From NCBI GenBank assembly GCA_002189035.1, contig CM007989.1, forward strand, positions 2,046,001-2,110,000: a DNA stretch of 64,000 nucleotides, given 5' to 3'. Positions 13,903 through 23,384 of this stretch are shown here, one piece after another (the stretch's first letter is position 1; every line of letters starts with the position of its first letter). Source of the DNA: Utricularia gibba (lineage: Eukaryota; Plantae; Magnoliophyta). A program made the translations under genes and the position numbers. The notes under the pieces were generated by a model that searched no databases, was not told the origin of the DNA, and saw only the letters and a list, made by a program, of their open reading frames with translations.

Positions 13903-14037
13903 TCAGAATCGTGCCTCTACTGCTCCTTTTAAAACACCCATCTGAAGAAGTACTACCCTTAAGAATACGACGGAAGATGTATGCGAAGAGAAATGTACAA
14001 GAAACTGATTCAACGCCGGTAAAAGATTCAACGTCAT
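13903..14037 (-). promoter_or_regulatory. Candidate 44-aa upstream ORF in the PP2C-D leader
   Basis: ATG at 14037 to TGA at 13903: MTLNLLPALNQFLVHFSSHTSSVVFLRVVLLQMGVLKGAVEARF*. It ends about 67 nt before the main ATG and lies downstream of a putative acceptor (CAG at 14057-14055). Confidence 0.45.
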
Positions 14038-15177
14038 GTAGCAAAAAACAAACACTGCGAATGATCAAAACGAGCGACACTACAGACTACGAATCCATGA
14101 AGTGCAATTGTGAGACCGCGCATACAAAGAAATGCCATTGTCAACACATCCAAACAAAACAAGGAGAATTATAAAACCCCACCAAATTCTACAAAATCAC
14201 ACAAGCCAGTCAGGCATCACCATCCATCAGGAAATCATAAATCAGTAATCTTGGCAGAATAACAAAGATGGGGTGACTCCGAACTCATAAAAGAAATCAC
14301 CTCTTAATGTGAAAACCGGTGAGAAGGGAGTGAGATCTGAAACTGAAAGAGGAGGCTCAGATCTGTCGACCCATCAAATCAAAAGAAAAGAGAACAGCGA
14401 AATGTATGATTTGGGAAAAGTTTTCATGTCCCTCCCACTCCTACTACTCCTCCTACTCCGGCTCCAGTACCGCAGTTTTCTCCAATAGATTGCATTGTCC
14501 CCTCTTTTCTTTTGAGGGCACTGTGCAATCGCCACGACAAGCCGTGACGCTGATTGAATTTCCATAATATTCATTTGCTATTCGTCATTTTTGGCGCAGA
14601 AACTCTGACGAGGCCGCGTGACATGCTAACAGGAATCTGGGCTTTGTATAAACAATTCGACCCGGTAAAGAAGTGGGCCTTTGAATTTCTTATTATTATT
14701 TCACAGCTAAAGTCCTGGTGTTACAGTTATCAGACGCGTGTCCCGTATCATATTCGACCACGTGGACGGCATCGGTATGACCCCCGCAGTGGACGGCCCA
14801 TTTTGAATGTTTTAAAAACTCAAAGTAAAACATCCCACAGTAACCAAATGATTTTTTGATTGCGATTTAATATTTTTTATAAAAAATTAAAAATATGAAA
14901 TTTAAATAAATAATTTTATTTTTCATGATATATTCAAATATATCTTTAAAATAATACACATTTCAATTTCAATTTCAAAATAAAGCCCACCCGCATGCGC
15001 TGTATAAATAAACAAAGACTGGCGCACACCGGCGGTGCTTTCCAACTGTGAGAAGAAGAAAAAGTGAGTGCGTCCCGCGCCTGGCCTGCCTCTTTTACGA
15101 TACAAAGGTGTTTGCTTCTTCTGATCTCTTTCCTGTCCTTCATTTTCCCACCCTGTGCTTTGCAGAAGAAGAAAAAC

Positions 15178-15748
15178 ATGGGCGCTTTGCATCACCTTTC
15201 GCACTTGTTCGACTGCTCCTCTTCTGCTCACCCCAAGAAGTTCAAGAAGAACAGACCCCTCCAGGTATGTATGTATGTATATGCGCCGTGTCCGGGTACC
15301 AGTTGACCCGAGTTCTTGATTCGGATCTTGGGATTCATCGTGTGTTGTGGAGTTTGATCAGACGGTGCTGATAAAGATAAAGATGGACTGCGAGGGGTGC
15401 GAGAGGAAGGTGAGGAGGTCGGTGGAAGGGATGGAGGGAGTGAGCTCCGTGGAGGTGAACCCGAAGCAGAGTAAGCTGACGGTGACGGGTTACGTGGACC
15501 CGGAGAAGGTGGTCTCCCGGGTGGCACACAGGACGGGGAAGAAGGCGGAGCTGTGGCCGTACGTCCCATACGACGTCGTCCAGCACCCGTACGCCCCGGG
15601 AGTGTACGACAGGAAAGCGCCGGCTGGGTATGTACGGAACGTGGAGGCGGATCCGTACGCTTCGCAGCTGGCGACGGCGAGCTCGACGGAGGTGCGGTAC
15701 ACCACCGCCTTCAGTGACGATAATCCCTCGGCGTGCGTCGTCATGTAG
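15178..15748 (+). CDS. HIPP26: Heavy-metal-associated isoprenylated plant protein (HIPP26-like)
   Basis: Exons 15178-15264 and 15362-15748. HMA motif MDCEGCERKV, then AELWPYVPYDVVQHPYAPGVYDRKAPAGYVR, and C-terminal CaaX CVVM*. Confidence 0.93.
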
Positions 15749-16659
15749 TAGTAAGTAGGTTATGTCGTTTAGCTGGCGACCAAAGAAGGATCTAGCGGCT
15801 TTTTGAATTCAAGCGGTGGTTTGTTTATTTGATTTCTTTTTTGTTTTTTTCCTTTTTTTTTTTTTGTAATTCTTACCTGTTTAGCTGTTGTGTGGGTTTG
15901 TTTGTGTAATAATCATTATGCCAGGATAAGGATTCCCCATTGTGCACCTTGTTGAATAGTGAACCGCCCGGTTTGTCAGGACAGCCTTCCACATGGATTG
16001 GTTTACTAATATCGTCGCATGGACCCGGTTCGCGGGTCGGTTTACTACTAATGGATAAAAAAATTGATCGTTTTAATTTTTTTTTTTTTTTTTGAAAAAA
16101 AGTAATGCGATCCTCCGAATCTTTCCTCAGCCTGCATAAAACAGCTTAAGCAAGAAGACCTAAAATAGAAGAAGATACGCTTGGGAGGCCAGAATTAGGG
16201 GTGACTATTGAAGTTAACTCAACTCATAACCGAATATGTGTATAAATATCTTGTAATTACAATGATCACATTCCACTTGGGCAATGTTTTTCGATCGTAC
16301 CACAACATGGGCTATTATTTGAGCACTTGGGATTTGCAAGTTTTTTATTGTGTTGTTTCATGGTGCATTAATCATCAACAGGCAACCATGAATGATCACT
16401 GTGAAACAGTTACAGTTACAGGCCTGGCCACAATGAAACACTGCTTCATTGAATGCACAATTCCATGAGGAAAGGGGAAAAAAATCTAGTGTTTGTCCTT
16501 CAGTTGAAGTGCAAACCAGCTACCATGGCTCCTTGAGAGATTATTGAGATGAACTGGAATCAATATTTCTAAAATCGTGAAGTCTACCAGAAGACTGTAA
16601 ACTGTAAAAGCGCTTTTGACTATGGAGACGATTTCGCACCATCTTCATCTTCCGCGCGA

Positions 16660-17607
16660 TTAGAGGAGGGCAACATCATTTCCAACTAGAAAGCCATTGT
16701 CGTAGCAGTAAGGCCACGATGAATGAGGCAACATCATCTGCGGTTGGAATGGAGGCATATCCGATGAGTTGAAGTTCCATATTGCGGGATGGAGATCCAT
16801 GCTTTCTTGAACTGGGAAATTGACCGTATCCACTGCTTGAGTTGCTTTCATCTGCTGTTGAAACCAAGCAACCTCAGGGGTTCCGCAGTTCCGCTTTCCG
16901 GGATAAAGATCCCCGCTTTCTTGAACTGTAAAACCCGCAACGGCCCCTGCTTGAGTTTCTTGCGGCTGAAACTGAATCATGTCAGATGATTCAAGGTTCC
17001 ACATTTCAGGATAAAGATCCCTGCTTTCTTGAACTGTAAAACCCACAAGTTGAGTTTCTTGCGGCTGAAACTGAAACATCTCAGATGATTCAGGGTTCCA
17101 CATCTCGGGATACACATCCCTGCTTTCTTGAACTGTAACATTCCCAACACCACCGGCTTGAGTTGCCTTTATCGTGTCTATCCATCGTTCAGCCGTGTCG
17201 ATCTTAGCCTTCAACAACTCAACGAAGGATTCCAACTCCCCTCCCGACAAAGAACTAATCCTTTCATCATAGTCAGAGTACTTGGCGTGGTTGTTCTTTT
17301 TCGTCATCTGCTTGGTCTGATCCTTGAACAAATCAGACAAGTGATAGGTTTTGGTTCTTGAACCAAAACCCCCGTTTCTGGACTCGTAGCACTCTATCAA
17401 TCTTTCAAGTACTTCTGGTTCAGGAGGCCACACCGAGGGTTCATTTGATTCTCCAAAGGGATCCTGAATGATCATCCCGACCTCCACGTCACAAAGAACA
17501 GAGAGCTCTAAAGCCGATTTTTCAAGGGCCTTCTTCCTTTTCTGAAACGCCCTTCTCCGTTCCTTCTCACTTCGTATCAGTTCCATGCGCAGCTTCGCTC
17601 CTTCCAT
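16660..17607 (-). CDS. Type I MADS-box protein copy 1 (AGL82/AGL103-like, probably M-beta); 315 aa, 4 C-terminal repeat units
   Basis: Intronless. MEGAKLRMELIRSEKERRRAFQKRKKALEKSALELSVLCDVEVGMII is a MADS domain, followed by PSVWP and YSDYDERISSLS..L..LLKAKI. Confidence 0.85.
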   Translation of the reverse strand: MEGAKLRMELIRSEKERRRAFQKRKKALEKSALELSVLCDVEVGMIIQDPFGESNEPSVWPPEPEVLERLIECYESRNGGFGSRTKTYHLSDLFKDQTKQMTKKNNHAKYSDYDERISSLSGGELESFVELLKAKIDTAERWIDTIKATQAGGVGNVTVQESRDVYPEMWNPESSEMFQFQPQETQLVGFTVQESRDLYPEMWNLESSDMIQFQPQETQAGAVAGFTVQESGDLYPGKRNCGTPEVAWFQQQMKATQAVDTVNFPVQESMDLHPAIWNFNSSDMPPFQPQMMLPHSSWPYCYDNGFLVGNDVALL

Positions 17608-17749
17608 CTTCCAAAACGAGACAAGGAGGATGTCTTGGCAAGAAGAGAGTTCAGAGGATGATCAAGACAAGAGAGCCACTAATCCTTCGTAAGTAAACTG
17701 ATTAGTGCACTATGTAAACTCTCATTATAAAGCATACTATTTCATTAAT

Positions 17750-17811
17750 AACAGATGTTGTTTCCTTAATGACTCTTTGGTCAAAGAGTCATTAAGGAAA
17801 CAACATCTGTT
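17750..17811. repeat. Perfect inverted repeat: 30-bp arms, 2-nt loop
   Basis: AACAGATGTTGTTTCCTTAATGACTCTTTG-GT-CAAAGAGTCATTAAGGAAACAACATCTGTT; arms were checked base by base. Confidence 0.95.
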
Positions 17812-18822
17812 GGTGCGGGTGCGGGCGCGGGATATCTTTTCTTCATTCACTTTCAATCCATCGATGTCAAGTTATTTTTCTCTGTCAACTCTGTTGATGG
17901 AATTAGCGGTTTCGTGTACTGCTTTTTCTTCACATAGTGTGGCAGTGCGCCTTTTCGGTGGCCTTTTAGTTTCTGGTTGTTTGACCTGTGCTTCGTTGTG
18001 GTGACTGTGTATGGAGGAAACAGGAAAGACAGCGTGCTTTGCAAGCACGGAAACTGGGCTCTAGCATTTGCTTGATGATTTTTTTTTTTGAGAAAGATGG
18101 CCTGCTCTAACTCGTTTTAACTTTGTCTACTGGTTGTAATGAGAAAAAATTGATCCATCAGAATTCTATGGTAGAATGTTCGATGCAGATCCATTTGTTC
18201 GTTTCTTTTTTTTTTTTTTTTGAGTATATGCATCGCATTATGTTTGAAGACATGATTTTGGATTAGCCTCCAAATGTCTACTGATTGTAATGAGAAAAAT
18301 TTAATCCCTCAGGATTAAATCATGCTTATCCATTTGCCCTTTTCGGTTTTTTGAGGATATGTATCGGCTTATGTTTGGATTAGCCTCAGAAGTGTCTGTT
18401 AGAAAATCTTGCCCATCTTTTTCATGGATTGTTCTTTTTAATTCTTCATAATGTTCATGAGCTTCCTGCATTTATATTTTGGCTGTTGCTGACTGTAATT
18501 GGAGATTAGCATATCATGTGTAGACAGTTTTTAAGTTGGTTAAGATATGATGTGGAATTCTTGAACCAGTTTCTGAATTTTCTTTTTCAGGATCCAGTCA
18601 TTAAACCATTGGTCGAGCATGATTCAAAAAATTTACAGCGATTCCTTCCTGAAATACCATTTTGGGTGACGAATCCAGATTACGACCGTGTAACCTTTCT
18701 CACCTTTATTTCTGGTTTCCAACATTTGTATCTCTCTGTTTTTTCTGTGACATTTTATCTGATATTATAGGTTGACTGCCTCAATTAGTTTTTGGAGATC
18801 ATTTGGCCTTACGTGGATAAAG
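17806..18822 (+). pseudogene. Synaptotagmin fragment (3' part of exon 1 to exon 3)
   Basis: Homologous to about 23440-24165. No ATG, the exon-1 donor reads CAAG|TT instead of CAAG|GT, and exon 3 has an in-frame TAG (GTT GAC TGC CTC AAT TAG). Confidence 0.88.
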
Positions 18823-18867
18823 TGATCATGTGACATTTTTCTTCTTGCCAAGACATCGTTTTGGAAG

Positions 18868-19920
18868 ATGGGAAGAGCTAAGCTGTGCATGGAACTTATA
18901 CCAAATGAGAAGGAACGGAGGGCGTTTCAGAAAAGGAAAGGGTCCTTGAAAAATCGGCTCTAGAGCTCTCTTCTCTTTGTGACATGGAGGTTGGGATGAT
19001 CATTCAGGATCCCTTTGGAGAATCAAATGAACCCTCGGTGTGGCCTGCTGAACCAGAAGTACTTGAGAGTTTGATAGAGTGCTACGAGTCCAGAAAGGGG
19101 GGTTATGGTTCTCGAACCAAAACCTATCACTCGTCTGATTCGTTCAAGGATCAGACTGAGCAGATGACGGAAAAGAACAACCAGTACAACCACTCTGTCT
19201 ATGATGAAAGGGATTAGTTCGTTGTCGGGAGGGGAGTTGGAATGCTTTGTTGAGTTGTTGAAGGCTAAGATCGACACGGCCGAACGATGGATAGACACCA
19301 TAAAGGCAATTCAAGCAGGTGCTGTTGGGAATGTTACAGTTCAAGAAAGCAGGGATGTTTATCCCGAGATGTGGAACCCTGAATCATCTGACATGTTTCA
19401 GTTTCAACCGCAAGAAACTCAACTTGTGGGTTTTACAGTTCAAGAAAGCGGGGATCTTTATCCTGAAATGTGGAACCTTGAATCATCTGACATGGTTCAG
19501 TTTCAGCCGCAAGAAACTCAACCAGAGGATGTTATGGGTTTTACAGTTCAAGAAAACGAGGATCTTTGTCCTGAAATGTGGAATCTTGAATCATCTGACA
19601 TGATTCAGTTTCAGCCGCAAGAAATTCAAGCAGGGGCCGTTGCGGGTTTTACAGTTCAAGAAAGCAGGGATCTTTATCCCGGAATGTGGAACTTCGGACC
19701 TCCTGAGGTTGCTTGGTTTCAGCAGCAGATGAAGGCCACTCAAGCAGTGGATTCGGTGAATTTCCCAGTTCAAGTAAGCATGGATCTCCATCCTGCAATA
19801 GAGAACCTTGACTCATCGAATATGCTTCCATTCCAACAGCAGATGATGTTGCCTCATTCATCGTGGCCTTGTTGCGACGATAATGGTTTTCTGGTTGGAA
19901 ATGATGTTGCCCTTCTCTAA
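18868..19920 (+). pseudogene. Type I MADS copy 2 (inverted), two frameshifts, 5 repeat units
   Basis: Starts ATGGGAAGAGCTAAG. A -1 shift near 18940 gives TAG at 18961, there is a +1 G near 19210, and one Arg codon is deleted. The C-terminal half is open (ORF 19201-19920). Confidence 0.8.
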
Positions 19921-20294
19921 TCGTGCGGAAGATGAAGATGGTGCGAAATAATCTCCATGGTCTAAAGCGGTTTTACAGTTTACAGTCTTCTGGTAGAATT
20001 CATGGTTTTAGAAATATTGATTCCAGTTCATCTTAATAATCTCACTAGGAGCCATGTTAGGTAGTTTGCAGTTTAATTGAAGGGCAAACACTAGATTTTT
20101 TTCCCCTTTGCTCATTGAATCGTGCATTCAATGAAACAGTGTTTCATTGTGGCCATGTCTGTAACTGTTTCCCAATGATCTTTGGATTCGATCGCCACTA
20201 GTCTCATGGTTGCCTGTTAATGGTTCGTCCACCATGAAAGAACACATCTTGAAAAAATTGCAAATCCTAAGTGCTCAAATTATAGCCCATCTTC

Positions 20295-20710
20295 CGTCCC
20301 TCTGACTGATCTGCAAATGACCGTGTTTGAGAACTGTGGAGAGCCAAGAGAGTCACGAAGATGACTGAGGAAGTTGCTGTTGGAATTCTTTCCGGTGTGG
20401 TGAAGGTCTAAGGAATCTTCACCAGTTCAGTTGCGAACTCAAAAGCAGGGCAGAAGTTTTTCAGCCTTCTTCCTGGTGAAATTGTGCTTGCCCATTGGAA
20501 GGCTTCAGTACCTTCTCTCCCATTTTTTTCTCTATATCACAGACAAGATATGTGATCATGTGCAATGCCAATGCCGTCTGTAACTTTTATCCAGTAAACA
20601 AAGAGTGCTTAATCTGTTGTTGTAGCCTTGTGCAGTTGCTCTGTTATGTTAATGGGCGACACAAGAATAAAATGCTTTGCTTTTACCTTCTGGTTTCATA
20701 AACTGACGCG
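20295..20710 (+). pseudogene. ERD7/senescence-domain gene fragment (intron 1 end, exon 2, part of exon 3, 3' UTR), inverted
   Basis: Reverse complement of about 27070-27460. In-frame TAA at GTGAAGGTC-TAA. Confidence 0.85.
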
Positions 20711-21108
20711 ACACAAATTCCTATGAGTAGTCTCAATATTCCTAGCAGTTGTTTAAAATAAAAACAGTACACCTTTGTTTTCCGCTCTTCGCCTTGGAAG
20801 ATGATGCGGGCGTAGGGGTTCATGTGATGCTTTCCCTCAAGATCTAGAGCTTCATATATTGTAACCACAAGCACTCCACCACCATCTGGTGCATCTTCAT
20901 GGGGCTTTTGAGCTGCATCTGAATCTTCAACATCGTTGCGTGCTTCATCCTCCTTGAAAGGCTTGTAGTTAACTCCAGCTCGATCTGTCCACGAGTTTTA
21001 TCATTTTGAGGATCATTTGAGTCCAATGTCTTGAGAAGATCAAACGTCTTCACCACTGGCTCATCAGGCACAAGCTCCTTCAAGGGAACAGCGTTCATGC
21101 ACATCTTA
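20710..21108 (-). pseudogene. Synaptotagmin exon 10 fragment, inverted
   Basis: Translates to NAVPLKELVPDEPVVKTFDLLKTLD...ELT and GKHHMNPYARIIFQGEERKTK with a frameshift; homologous to about 25950-26320. Confidence 0.88.
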
Positions 21109-21447
21109 TTAAGGGAAAGAGTAGTACTTAGGATTTGCAAGTTTTTAATGTTGGTTCATGATGCATTAATCATTAACAGGTAACCATGAAACCAGTGGTG
21201 ATCGAATCCAAAGATCATTTGGAAACAGTTACAGACATGGTCACAATGAAACAGTTTGCTTCATTGAATGCAAAATTTCATTAGCAAAGGGTAAAAAAAA
21301 CTAGTGTTTGCCCTTCAATTGAACTGCAAACTACCTAACATGGCTCCTTGTGAGATGATTACGATGAACTGGAATCAATATTTCTAAAACTGTGAAAGCG
21401 CTTTTGAGCATGGAGACGATTTCGCACCATCTTCATCTTCCGCAAGA

Positions 21448-22487
21448 TTAGAGAAGAGCAACATCATTTCCAACTAGAAAGCCAGTGTCGTAGCAGTAAG
21501 GCCACGATGAATGAGGCAACATCATCTGCGGTTGGAAAGGAAGCATGCCCGATGAGTCAAAGTTCCATATTGCGGGATGGAGATCCATGCTTTCTTGAAC
21601 TGGGAAACTGACCGCATCCACTGCTTGAGTTGCCCTCATCTGCTGCTGAAGCCAAGCAACCTCAGGGGTTCCGAAGTTCCACATTCCGGGATAAAGATCC
21701 CCGCTTTCTTGAACTGTAAAACCCGCAACGGCCCTGCTTGAGTTTCTTGCGGCTGATACTGAATCATGTCAGATGATTCAAGGTTCCACATTTCCGGATA
21801 AGGATTCCCGCTTTCTTGAACTGTGAAACCCATAACAGCCTCTGGTTGAGTTTCTTGCGGTTGAAACTGAACCATGTCAGATGACTTCCACATTTCAGGA
21901 TAAAAATCCCCGCTTTCTTGAACTGCAAGATCCACAAGTTGAGTTTCTTGCGGCTGAAACTGAAACATGCAAGATGATTCAGGGTTCCACAGCTCGGGAT
22001 AAACATCCCTGCTTTCTTGAACTGTAACATTCCCTGCTTGAGTTGCCATTATGGTGTCTATCCATCGTTCGGCCGTGTCGATCTTAGCCTTCAGCAACTC
22101 AACAAAACATTCCAACTCCCCTCCCGACAACGAACCAATCCCTTCATCATAGACAGAGTGGTTGTCCTGGTTGTTCTTTTCCGTCATCTGCTCTGTCTGA
22201 TCCTTGAACAAATCAGACAAGTGATAGGTTTTGGTTCGAGAACCATAACCCCCCTTTCTGGACTCGTAGCACTCTATCAATCTTTCAAGAACTTCCGGTT
22301 CAGGAGGCCACACCGATGGCTCATTGGATTCTCCAAAGGGATCCTGAATGATCATCCCAACCTCCACATCACAAAGAACAGAGAGCTCGGAAGCAGATTT
22401 TTCAAGGGCCTTCTTCCTTTTCTGAAACGCCCTTCTCCGTTCCTTCTCACTTCGTATCAGTTCCATGCGCAACTTCGCTCTTCCCAT
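21448..22487 (-). CDS. Type I MADS copy 3, one frameshift at 21732-21734 (possibly a sequencing error), 5 repeat units
   Basis: MGRAKLRMELIRSEKERRRAFQKRKK starts at 22487, with an in-frame upstream ATG at 22547. GGCCCTG here versus GGCCCCTG in copies 1 and 4; restoring one base joins the two ORFs. Confidence 0.78.
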
Positions 22488-23384
22488 CTTCCAAAACGAT
22501 GTCTTGGCAAGAAGAGAGTTATCAACACAACTGAAACTCTCATTCATATACTACTACATTGTTTCCTTCATTAGTCTTTGATCGCAAAGACTTTCGCGCG
22601 CTCCCCAGCTATTACATTTACAACGGTCGATTTTTCTCGGGTCGGGCCACAACATTCGTCATTCTCTAGAGCAAACCGAAAAGGGATATTTTTGGGCACC
22701 AAAATTTCCCAATCCCCGATCGGGGAGAACTCCACGGCGCCGCCATGGATCGTATATTCATCCCCTCCCTCGCCGCCGCAACACTCCGATGGGTCCATCG
22801 GCATCGCCGCCGCCAGTGAGAGAAAAACAAATCGTCAAGAACCTCGAAGTGTCTAGACATTCCGCGGAAGGTTGCTGATTCCGAAACCGAAGCTCCAGAA
22901 GCACAAAATCCTCGCAGAGGCACATAAAAACTTGGAGTCCATTCCCAACTCAGAGAGAACAAATAGACAACCGTTGCCTTTCGTGTGCAACTGTTGTCGT
23001 TTCTGAGAAAAAAAATGTGGAGTAAAAATTAGTCCAATTTTGGTACAAGACATGTAATAAACGGGACCCAGCGTTATTTGAGAGCACACCTGTCGCCTGT
23101 GTACCTTGCCGACTGGGGAAGGTCATCTCGTCTCCCTGCAGTGACACATTCCCAACAAACCGTAATCGGATTCAGGGCCACGCGGCGCCACCAGAGATGG
23201 ATATCTAAATGCGTCTTTTCCGAGTCTCTACTACCAAAAAATGCTATGGCGAATGACCAAAGGTGAAGCAGGTTATTTTATAATGCATGCTGTCTAGATG
23301 AGAGAATCTGCCGACAGAGTGATTCTTTTCGTGCTGGGTCGCCTATTAAACAGCCTAAAATCTGGACTTGAAGTGGATTAGGAG

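Noticed and set aside
15048-15744. Several overlapping ORFs around HIPP26
   Set aside because: Shadows of a GC3-rich coding exon with no independent motifs.
16750-17150. The roughly 100-bp periodic repeats in the MADS copies (and the 15-bp PRP repeats) read as a CRISPR-like array
   Set aside because: The units are in-frame coding repeats with no unique spacers, in a eukaryotic gene context with no cas genes.
17806-19920. Chimeric synaptotagmin-MADS fusion gene
   Set aside because: The SYT piece lacks a start codon and promoter, has a mutated donor and an in-frame stop, and MADS2 is frameshifted.
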